DNA from: an uncultured Clostridium sp.
GTDB taxonomy: Bacteria; Bacillota; Clostridia; TANB77; CAG-508
Assembly: GCA_946404215.1 (NCBI GenBank)
Contig: CAMJCT010000005.1
Location: forward strand, 14,685 to 78,684
Direction: 5' to 3'
Length of the DNA stretch: 64,000 bases
A program made the position numbers and the translations under genes. Below, one piece after another: positions 54,327-63,192 of this stretch (positions within the stretch are counted from its first letter, which is position 1; every line of letters starts with the position of its first letter). The notes under the pieces were generated by a model. It saw only the letters and a list, made by a program, of their open reading frames with translations, was not told where the DNA came from and did not search any database.

Positions 54327-54401
54327 TGGTGACCCCTACGGGAATCGAACCCATGATTCCACCTTGAGAGGGTGGCGTCTTAACCGCTTGACCAAGGGGC
54401 C
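54327..54401 (-). tRNA. tRNA-Glu (CTC)
   Basis: GGCCCCT acceptor, anticodon arm CCACC-CTCTCAA-GGTGG, GTTCGAT T-loop, encoded CCA. Confidence 0.95.
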
Positions 54402-54511
54402 TTTTATTTTACCTCATATTTATATCATTTTTTTACTATTTCGTCAACTATTTATTTCAAAAGTTTTTATTTTAAAAGTTTTTTATTGTTACTGGTCAGC
54501 CTATATGTTAT

Positions 54512-54919
54512 TTAAATGTCCTCGCCAGTTTTTAATATTTCCCTCAATCTTGTAAATCTTTTTGTTAAATATAAATATCCTATCAATGCCTCAAAAGCAG
54601 TAGCTCTTGCATATTCAATAACATTTGAATTTTTTGGTAAATGATGGTTTTCTGTATTTCTTCCTCTCCTTACTATATCTTTTTCTTCATCTGTTAATTT
54701 ATTTTTTATCTTATCTAATAAATCTGCTTGGCTTTTTGCTTTTACATATTTAATTGTTTCTATATGTAATTTATTAGGTTTCATATTAGTATTATTTACT
54801 AACATAGTTCTTATATATAATTCATATACACAATCTCCAACATATGCCCAAGTCAGTGGAGAAAGTAAATTCACTTCTTCTTCTGTTCTATCAAACTTTA
54901 TAAGTTCATCCATATACAA
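54512..54919 (-). CDS. mrnC: Mini-ribonuclease III
   Basis: AYVGDCVYELYIR, VRRGRN, ATAFEALIGYLY. Confidence 0.93.
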   Translation of the reverse strand: MYMDELIKFDRTEEEVNLLSPLTWAYVGDCVYELYIRTMLVNNTNMKPNKLHIETIKYVKAKSQADLLDKIKNKLTDEEKDIVRRGRNTENHHLPKNSNVIEYARATAFEALIGYLYLTKRFTRLREILKTGEDI

Positions 54920-54967
54920 ACTTCCCCTTACATTATCTTCTATTCATATTTTTAATAAATACTCTGC

Positions 54968-55906
54968 CTACATGCAATGTTCTATAGTAATTCTTCCTAA
55001 TCTACCGTTTTTAAAATCATCTAATATTATCTTAGCTGTCTTTTCGTCATCTATTTCTCCACCAGATACAATGCAACCTCTTCTTCTGCCTATTTCCAAC
55101 ATTATCTCATATATATTAAAGTTTTCTGGTTGTTCTTGCAATAAAACATTTTCTATATAACCTTCTTGCAAATTATATTTATCACATAAATTTTTCCTGT
55201 AACCTTTTATCAAAAATTTTATAAGTTCATAAGCAATTTCTGTTTTTTCAATGACGTCTTCTTTTATTGTCCCTGTAAAAGCTAAGTTTAATGCTACTTC
55301 ATTATTTTCAAATTTTGGCCATAATACACCTGGTGTATCAAGCAATTCTATTTTATCATTAATACGTATCCATTGTTTTTGTTTAGTTATACCTGGCCTA
55401 TTTCCAACTATTGCTGTGGTTCTTTTTGATATTCTGTTTATAAAAGAAGATTTTCCAACATTAGGAATTCCCAAAATCATTGCTCTTATTTTCCTTCCTA
55501 CTCTCCCTTTTTCAGCCTGTTCCTTCATATTCAAATCCATAACTTCTTCTATTTTTTTAATTACATTTTCTATTCCTTTTCCTGTATTTGCATCAACTAA
55601 TATTGCAGGAATATTATTTCTTTTAAAATAATTTACCCATAATAAATTTTGTTTTTCATCAGCTAAATCACTTTTATTTAGCACTATTACTTTTTTCTTT
55701 CCTTCTGTTATCTTTGCTATGTCTGGATTCTGGCTAGATATTGGAATTCTACTATCTAATAGCTCTATAACTATATCTACAAATTTTAAATCTTCTATTA
55801 TTTGTCTTCTAGTTTTTGCCATATGTCCAGGATACCAGTTAACATGGACCTTAGGAAAACTTTTTTCTTGTACATTTTCCTTCTTATTATCTCTATTATC
55901 AATCAT
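54968..55906 (-). CDS. rbgA: Ribosome biogenesis GTPase RbgA/YlqF
   Basis: WYPGHMAK, NKSD, GIPNVGKSS, DTPG (circularly permuted GTPase). Confidence 0.96.
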   Translation of the reverse strand: MIDNRDNKKENVQEKSFPKVHVNWYPGHMAKTRRQIIEDLKFVDIVIELLDSRIPISSQNPDIAKITEGKKKVIVLNKSDLADEKQNLLWVNYFKRNNIPAILVDANTGKGIENVIKKIEEVMDLNMKEQAEKGRVGRKIRAMILGIPNVGKSSFINRISKRTTAIVGNRPGITKQKQWIRINDKIELLDTPGVLWPKFENNEVALNLAFTGTIKEDVIEKTEIAYELIKFLIKGYRKNLCDKYNLQEGYIENVLLQEQPENFNIYEIMLEIGRRRGCIVSGGEIDDEKTAKIILDDFKNGRLGRITIEHCM

Positions 55907-55925
55907 TTATTTACCCACCTTCTAA

Positions 55926-57152
55926 TTACTTATCTTTTTTATTAAATTCTTTTATCCTTTCAATTGCTTCTAATGTATCTTCATAACTTCCAAAAGAGCT
56001 TAATCTAAGATATCCTTCTCCTTCAGTTCCGAAACCACTGCCAGGAGTAGTTACAACATTTATTTTGTTTAATAATAAATCAAAATAATCCCATGATGTG
56101 TAACCATTAGGAACTTTAAACCATATGTATGGCGAATTAATTCCTCCAAAAGTTTTATGCCCTGATTCTATTAAACCTTCTCTAATTAATTTGCAATTTC
56201 TTTTATAGTAGGCAATATTTTCATCAATTTGTTTTTGTCCTTCTTCTGTATAAATTGCTTCTGCGCCTTTTTGTGAAATATATGAAGCACCATTAAACTT
56301 AGTGCATTGTCTTCTATTCCATAGTGGATTTAAGTTAATCTCATTTCCATTGGTATCATACGCAACCACTTCTTTTGGAACAACAGTATAACCACACCTT
56401 ATTCCAGTAAATCCTGCTGTTTTTGAAAAACTTTTAAATTCTATTGCAACATTTTTAGCACCTTCAATTTCATAAATACTATGAGGCACATCTTCATCTT
56501 CTATAAATCTTTCATATGCTGCATCAAACAAAATGAGAGATTTGTTTTCAATTGCATAATTAACCCACTTTTTTAGTTCTTTTCGTGTATATGATGTTCC
56601 TGTAGGATTATTAGGCATACACAAATATATCATATCCATTCTTTCTTTTGGTATTTCTGGCATGAAATTATTCCCATCATAAAATGGAATATATACAATA
56701 TTTTTTCTTCCTGTCATTATACTAACATCTAAATACTCTGGATATACAGGATTTGCTATTCCAACAACATTGTCTACACTTAATAAATCACTAAAATTTC
56801 CAATATCAGCAGCAATTCCATCAGAAATAAATATTTCATTTTTATCAATTTGTATTCCTATTTTGTTGTAGTCCCATTCTGATATTTTTTCTCTTAAAAA
56901 TCCATAGCCTATCTCTGGGCCATAACCTACAAACGTATCTTTATTGGATAATTCGTCCACAGCATTATGCATAGCTTTTATAACGCAATCTGCAATAGGA
57001 AGTGTAACATCACCTATTCCTAATTTAATAATATCAGCATCGGGATGATTTTTTTTATAATCATTAGTTCTCTTTGCAATTTCTGTAAATAAATAATTCT
57101 CATTTACATTTAAAAAATTATCATTTAACCTAATCATAATATTCTCCTTCAA
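55926..57152 (-). CDS. dapL: LL-diaminopimelate aminotransferase
   Basis: LGIGDVT, GYGPE, PNNPTG, SFSKTAGFTGIRCG, TKFNGASY. Confidence 0.93.
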   Translation of the reverse strand: MKENIMIRLNDNFLNVNENYLFTEIAKRTNDYKKNHPDADIIKLGIGDVTLPIADCVIKAMHNAVDELSNKDTFVGYGPEIGYGFLREKISEWDYNKIGIQIDKNEIFISDGIAADIGNFSDLLSVDNVVGIANPVYPEYLDVSIMTGRKNIVYIPFYDGNNFMPEIPKERMDMIYLCMPNNPTGTSYTRKELKKWVNYAIENKSLILFDAAYERFIEDEDVPHSIYEIEGAKNVAIEFKSFSKTAGFTGIRCGYTVVPKEVVAYDTNGNEINLNPLWNRRQCTKFNGASYISQKGAEAIYTEEGQKQIDENIAYYKRNCKLIREGLIESGHKTFGGINSPYIWFKVPNGYTSWDYFDLLLNKINVVTTPGSGFGTEGEGYLRLSSFGSYEDTLEAIERIKEFNKKDK

Positions 57153-57990
57153 AAACCATTTTTGCAGGTCCTGTCATATATACATCTTTATCCCATTTAA
57201 TTGATAAATCTCCACCTAAAAGTTTAACTTTTATTTCTTTATTACCATCAACTAATTCATTTAGTATACATGCTACAACTGAAGCAGAAGCTCCTGTACC
57301 ACAAGCTAAAGTTTCTCCTGCTCCCCTTTCCCATACTCTCATTTTTATTGTAGATTTATTAAGTATTTCAATAAATTCAACATTTGTTTTTTGAGAAAAA
57401 TGTTCATCACATTCAACAATCTTTCCATATTTTTCTACATCAAAATTATCAATATCATCTACAATAGCTATTGCATGAGGATTTCCCATAGACACACATG
57501 TAAAATCAAAATCTCTATCTAATACACGTAATCTTACATGAGCTATTTCATTACTACCATTTTTAACTATTGTATCTGCCACACATGGAATTAAATTTTC
57601 CTGAAAAATAGGTCTTTCCATATTAACGGTAACACTTTCAACTTTATTATCTTTTATATCAAAATCTAATTTTTTTATACCCGCTAAAGTTTCAACAGTA
57701 ATACTCTTTTTATTAGTTAATCCTTTATCATATACATATTTCCCAACACATCTAATGCCATTTCCACACATTTGAGCTTGAGAACCATCTAGATTATACA
57801 TTTGCATTTTAAAATCCGCAACATCACTTTTACATATTAATATTAATCCATCAGAACCAACGCCAAAGTGTCTATTACTTATTTTACATGCAATTTTAGA
57901 AATATAGTCAATTTCTTCATTTGATTTTTCAGTACTGTCTACATATACATAATCATTTCCTAATCCTTCCATTTTTGTAAATTTAATCAT
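57130..57990 (-). CDS. dapF: Diaminopimelate epimerase
   Basis: GLGNDY, MCGNGIRC, ERGAGETLACGTG. Confidence 0.96.
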   Translation of the reverse strand: MIKFTKMEGLGNDYVYVDSTEKSNEEIDYISKIACKISNRHFGVGSDGLILICKSDVADFKMQMYNLDGSQAQMCGNGIRCVGKYVYDKGLTNKKSITVETLAGIKKLDFDIKDNKVESVTVNMERPIFQENLIPCVADTIVKNGSNEIAHVRLRVLDRDFDFTCVSMGNPHAIAIVDDIDNFDVEKYGKIVECDEHFSQKTNVEFIEILNKSTIKMRVWERGAGETLACGTGASASVVACILNELVDGNKEIKVKLLGGDLSIKWDKDVYMTGPAKMVFEGEYYD

Positions 57991-58229
57991 TTATAATCAC
58001 CTTTCTTATTATATTAAAACAATATACTTGATTACTTTTTTACACATAAATTGCTATTTTTTCTATAATTTATATTTATTTTATAAAACATGTAAAAATC
58101 TCAGCAACAAAAATCCAGTATTATCAATGATTTGAGTACAGTTTTCCTAAAATCCACGTATCGCAATTTATGTTGCTTTTGTGATAACTATTATCTTGTT
58201 CTTTCTCCATATATATTCACTCCTATTTT

Positions 58230-58738
58230 TTAAATATTTGCATGTATGTAATATAAAGTATGGCTATCTACATCATAAAAATGTATTGTGAAATATTCAA
58301 ATTTTTTATATTCTATACTATTTTTATAATTTGATTTATCATATAATAAATAAAAATCTTTATTATCTATTATATTTTCATCAAAATCATAATCGTTTAA
58401 TCTATCACAAGCACTCATCCATTCTTTAAATTTACTAAAATATTCTTTAACTTCATTTAAATTTTCATCTGTAATTTTCCTATACTTCTTAAAAAAATTA
58501 AGTCATATTCATCTGTATAATAATATTTACAATAATCAACAGAATCTTGAGTTGCAAATGGATCAAAATATTCTTCAGCTTTATAATATCCTTTTATAAT
58601 ATTATTATCATTAAGTAAATAATTTAAAAATCTCACTCCAAATAATGTCATAATTATGAGAGCTAGTGTTATAATAATTATTAATATTATATAAATATTT
58701 GATTTTTTCATAGAGGCACTCCTAATCTTTTTTTTCAT
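58230..58738 (-). pseudogene. Frameshifted membrane-anchored hypothetical protein
   Basis: ORFs 58457-58738 and 58230-58418 join through a frame change near the T7 run at about 58491-58497; no CGG is involved. Confidence 0.55.
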
Positions 58739-59044
58739 ATTCTCCTTGGTTTGTTAATGAAATTCTCATTAAATATGCAGATAATTTCATATCAGCAAGC
58801 AATCCACCTATTACAACAATCTCCCAAAACATACGTTGCATTTCATAAAAAGCTGAATAATATAATGGCATAGTAATTTTGTCAACATCAAAAATCACAG
58901 AAAATGATTTTAATATAGCTTCATCAAAATCTTTATTCCCATCATTGTTAAACAGCCTCTACCAAATAAGTCATAATGATAATTATAAGGTTTATTGCAT
59001 ATTAAGCATCTTCTTTCTTCGTTACTTTGTATACTACTTTCCAT
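58720..59044 (-). pseudogene. Internally deleted hypothetical gene remnant
   Basis: RBS and ATG 59044 (MESSIQSNEERRCLICNKPY...); protein-like sequence continues in another frame (...DFDEAILKSF...). Confidence 0.4.
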
Positions 59045-59063
59045 ATTTATCACCTTTCTTATA

Positions 59064-60365
59064 CTATTTCAACACTTTCCAGCAACCATTTTTATTTGCA
59101 CCAATACGTTCTATATATTTTTTATCTTTTAAAGAACGTATAATTTTATTTATATATGTCTCGCTAAAATTAGTTATTATTATTAAATCTTTAGTTTTAC
59201 ATTTTTCATCGTTTCTTATTAAATTCAAAATTTTCACTTCTGATTCATTCAAATCATTATATATCATTTTTTTATTGTTGGCTTCTTCAAGTAATCTTTT
59301 ATTGAGAGAAATTGTTACAATGATTGTATGTTCACTAATATAAAATGCGTTTTTCCCATAGTTTTTTATAATTAGAGGAATTCCATGACCTGTCTGATCA
59401 ATATAATCTAAATCACTAAATATTTTTAAAAGTTTCTTATTAATTGGTTTAGAAATTCCTGCATAAAAATCCTCTTGGGATAATGATGATGGAAGTCCTC
59501 CATTTGACACAATTTCAATTCTATCATCATATATATATACAACTGGTGGAATCTCTTCCGCCCATTTTGTGTGAACGCATGCATTAAGCCATGCTTCTTT
59601 AAAAGAACTAAAATCAAAATATTTTTCTTCTTTTCTTTGAATTCCACCAACTTTAACTTTCGTTTCATTAATACTTTCCATGTATTCTAATACATTGTTT
59701 ACAGACAGTAATAGACACTTTCCTCCATATTCTGTTCTTTTTAACATAACAGTTTTGTCTTTTCCTGCAAAAGTAACCACTTTGATAGAAACATCATTTG
59801 AGTCTGCTAATAATTCAGCCATAAAATTATATTTGTTATCATTTGTATATAACCCTAGATTTTCTTCAAATTTTTCATTATTAATTTTAATATCGTTAGA
59901 TAAGTATAATCCTTTCAGCATTTTAAATGTTAAATTTTGATTTAAAGATTTTTTTTGAATTATATAATCAGGTTCTCCATCTCTGTTTATTAATGCTTTT
60001 AGCATCTCAGGAGACAATTGTTTATCTTCATCAAATGACCTACTATAATACTTTCCAAAAGCAGAATATGGAATATCATTTCCTTTTACTGAAACCTTAA
60101 TAATTTTTTTGTCTTCAATAAGTTCTAATGCTATTGTAGGTATTATTTGTGGCTTTACACCTTCTGCAATTTTCCTTGATACATCACGTAAAGTATTTTC
60201 ATTTATATCTTTTTGCCCAATTACCTCTCCGTTATTTTTTACTCCAAAATACACAGTTCCTTCTCCGTATTTATTTAGCATAGCCGATATAGATATTACA
60301 CCTTCTATAAGTTCACTAGTGCTTTTTTTAAATTCAACTTTTTCAGATTCTAATCCTAAATTCAT
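59064..60365 (-). CDS. Schlafen/AlbA_2 domain + RecG-C/HATPase-like + HTH protein
   Basis: ESEKVEFKKS...SAMLN...GTVYFGV, EAWLNACVH, DRIEIVSNGGL, C-terminal winged HTH (IERIGANKNGCW). Confidence 0.85.
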   Translation of the reverse strand: MNLGLESEKVEFKKSTSELIEGVISISAMLNKYGEGTVYFGVKNNGEVIGQKDINENTLRDVSRKIAEGVKPQIIPTIALELIEDKKIIKVSVKGNDIPYSAFGKYYSRSFDEDKQLSPEMLKALINRDGEPDYIIQKKSLNQNLTFKMLKGLYLSNDIKINNEKFEENLGLYTNDNKYNFMAELLADSNDVSIKVVTFAGKDKTVMLKRTEYGGKCLLLSVNNVLEYMESINETKVKVGGIQRKEEKYFDFSSFKEAWLNACVHTKWAEEIPPVVYIYDDRIEIVSNGGLPSSLSQEDFYAGISKPINKKLLKIFSDLDYIDQTGHGIPLIIKNYGKNAFYISEHTIIVTISLNKRLLEEANNKKMIYNDLNESEVKILNLIRNDEKCKTKDLIIITNFSETYINKIIRSLKDKKYIERIGANKNGCWKVLK

Positions 60366-60385
60366 ATAACTTTAACCTCCTAAAA

Positions 60386-60448
60386 AAAGTATAGAGTTTG
60401 CGCATTTTTTCTATACTTTATTCTATACTTTATTCTATACTTTGTCAA
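60386..60448 (-). promoter_or_regulatory. SigA promoter covered by 12-bp direct repeats (putative operator)
   Basis: TTGACA-17nt-TAGAAT on the minus strand; TTCTATACTTTA three times at 60409-60443 plus an inverted copy at 60386-60396. Confidence 0.6.
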
Positions 60449-60869
60449 GATTTTATAATTTTTTTGAATTTTTTTATTTTATCAAAATCTTGTTATTTAT
60501 ATTTTAATAACTCGTTTTCAGTATCTCTAAAGAATTTAACTAATCTCTCTTTTGTATTTAAACCTTCTCTATCTATTTTAGAGCTTCCATCTTTCATAAT
60601 ATTTATAATTGTGATAATAAATCTATTAGTTATTGAAGCATCTTTTAAACCATTATAAAAACTAACTAATATATCTTGCTCTTGTCTTTGAATTTTTATA
60701 TATAAGCTTCAAATCCAAAATCATCTGTTATTAACATTGTTAAAATTTTCGATGGTTCACGATTTTTTAAGTATCCTTTATCAATAATAACACTTCTTTC
60801 ATTTTATTTATTTTAATTATATTTCCATCTTCTAACCAAATTTTTTTCTCCATTAATATTCTCATAATT

Positions 60870-61370
60870 CTATTTTCTTCCATCTCTTTTATCTTCTATT
60901 TGCTTTTGTTCATCTATGTACTTATAATTTAAGCCATTGCTTTTAGATATTGCAGATTTTTTTATCTCTTTTTCATATAAGTCTTTTGCTCCTTTTGCAA
61001 CTCCTCCACCACGTTTTGCAACATTTAAATTTAGTTTTTTATATTCGCTAGCCTTCATTCCTGACCAACCTTTATATATCTCATTTGTTAAAAGTGCATA
61101 TTCATAATTCTTAGTAATACCATTTTTTTCCATGTATCTGTCAATTATTTCCTATTTAATATTCCATCTAATCTTTCTGAAATCCATTTGTCACTATATC
61201 CTTTCTTTTTCCAGTGTTGCTAGCCACATTTTAAATGGTTCAGTTTTAGGAGATGGAACTGATTCAATAAGTCTAAAAATGTTTTTTGTATCTAAAGTAT
61301 CCGTTTCTCTCATTTTTCCATCTTGTGCTTTCCTTTTCAACTGCACGATATTTTCGTGCAATTCACTTCC
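60870..61370 (-). pseudogene. Decayed Bro-N/antirepressor-like gene
   Basis: QLKRKAQDGKMRETDTLDTKNIFRLIESVPSPKTEPFKMWLA, then a premature TAG and a separate C-terminal fragment (EYALLTNEIYKGWSGM...AKRGGGVA). Confidence 0.7.
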
Positions 61371-61583
61371 TTAAAACGCCTCCTTTCTAATTTATTATTT
61401 ATTCTATAAAACTCTAGAGATTAATTCTATTTCTTTTATTTTTATCAAAATACGCAAGATGTCAAATTTAAAAAATGTTTATTTTATGCCGGTTTAAAAT
61501 TGGTTTTGCTAAAATCCGTCTCACCCAGTTGATACTTGTGCTTGCACATTTTTTATTATCATTATTACTCATATCTTTTCTCC

Positions 61584-62514
61584 TTAATAATTTTGATTTC
61601 TACATAAATGATAAGGTTTTGCAATTGATTTTACCATTTTCGAAGATGTAAAGAAATAATCGTTTATATCAATTGCATTAGTATTATCAATTTTATTTTT
61701 TATATAATCAATCACAACTATCATACTAGCTCTTATTTCAACCTCATACTTTGAAGAATAATCTATTTCAACCTTATTATCTATAATATTTGTTAATTCT
61801 TCATTATACTGAATTATCCTCAACGCTCTCATAGTCTGTGGTATTTTATAGTCTGCACATCCGAGCCAAATGAGAATAATCAACTTTAATTTTTTCCATT
61901 TGTTCTCTTAGATGAAGTATATCAGATGTTAATAATTGAGCTAATTTATAAAAGTAAATGGTCTTTCCATCGTACTCTCTTTCATCCTTAAATGCTGAAA
62001 AACTATTTATAATAATTTTAAATAACTCTATATCACTACTTATAGTATAAATATAGTCATAAAAATTTCCATTCATTTTTTCTTTTACTATTTTACTTAT
62101 TTGTTTAAGTGTTTCATATCTCTCTTTAATAAAATGAATCTCAACATTTCCTTTTAACATAATCTTAAATTCTTCATAATTTATGTCATATAAATCTTTT
62201 AGACTCTTGTCTTTAACAAATTTTAGCATTGCATAAAATAATGCATCTGATCCATCTTTTTCTCCCAATTCAGTATCTATAGTCCATTTTGGTGTACCCC
62301 AAAATGAATAATCTATTGAATCAAAAATAAGCATAAAATTTATGACGTTTTTGATTCCTAAATCAAAAATATTATATGGATTATTACTAAGCCAATGTTT
62401 TAATCCGTTGCTATCAATCGTTGTGATAAAATCAATCAATTTTTCATAATTAATTGTTACATATTTTGAATTATTCATTACATATTTACAACTATCTATA
62501 ACTTTTTCTAACAT
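61584..62514 (-). CDS. Queuosine salvage family protein (QNG1/DUF2419-like), one +1 break at CGGA 61863-61860
   Basis: DSIDYSFW, FKDER...FYKLAQLLTSD, HLA-[C]GGA-CADYKIPQTMR, EVEIRA; joined product 309 aa. Confidence 0.8.
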
Positions 62515-62533
62515 ATTTCCCTCATCTCTTTAT

Positions 62534-62890
62534 TTACGAAAGTGGTTTCTTATAAAAAGTGTTTATATTTCTACTATAAAATTCTATCATTTCTTCATCA
62601 TTACGTCTTTTCCCATTTACTCTTCTAACATACATGCCTGGCTGTTTTTCTTCTGGAACATTTTCTAAATATAAATTATCATCCATTGCAAATACTGGAA
62701 TATTTGTAACTTTTGAATAAGCTCTAGCTTTTAAAATAGAATTCTCCATTGCATTTTTGCCATTTTCTTCTACTTCTATATCTGTATTAATATCTTTTAA
62801 TGTCATCACTTCAATTCCTTTTTCTTGTAATCCTTTTGAAAATCTTTTTGCTTTAGACTCATTTCCTGTTGCGAATAATACTTTTTTCAT
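62534..62890 (-). pseudogene. Truncated Ham1/RdgB-like NTP pyrophosphatase
   Basis: FATGNESKAK, EENGKNAMENSILKA, MDDNL, PGMYVRR; only 118 aa, C-terminal half missing. Confidence 0.65.
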
Positions 62891-63052
62891 TATATCATTT
62901 CCTTTCTATATTTCTCATAATCCATTTTATATCTCCTATTTATAATATTTATTACCTTCTTTTACTATATTAAATGATCTACTGTAATATTTTCCAAATT
63001 CTATAAATTATTCTATAATTTGTCAATATTTTTACTAAAACTAATTACTTAA

Positions 63053-63090
63053 CGCGGACTTCTAGGTGATTACTATATAAATATTTTGAT
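63053..63090. repeat. Rearranged fragment of the MITE-like family
   Basis: GCGGACTTCTA (reverse complement of TAGAAGTCCGC in the 4086 copy) next to GTGATTACTATATAAATATTTTGA. Confidence 0.65.
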
Positions 63091-63192
63091 AACCTATTGA
63101 CAATTTAATCATCCTTAAATTATATTATAAAGTAGTATATTACATTAAATTAAAACACAAATTATATATTTTTAAAATATGGGAGAATTATT

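Noticed and set aside
44728-54401. Either tRNA in the window as the frameshift-suppressor tRNA
   Set aside because: Both have normal 7-nt anticodon loops with Leu(CAA) and Glu(CTC) anticodons; any responsible tRNA must lie elsewhere
54364-54555. 63-aa plus-strand ORF
   Set aside because: Antisense to tRNA-Glu and the mrnC end; no RBS or motif
58485-58500. Another member of the CGG shift class
   Set aside because: The break is at a T run, needs a different frame change and has no CGG
2038-61863. Treating the split genes as ordinary pseudogenes or homopolymer sequencing errors
   Set aside because: All 11 clear breaks are the same event at codon boundaries on the coding strand, none lies in a C homopolymer, and the genes show no other decay. 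A motif-specific artefact is unlikely but cannot be fully excluded without reads.
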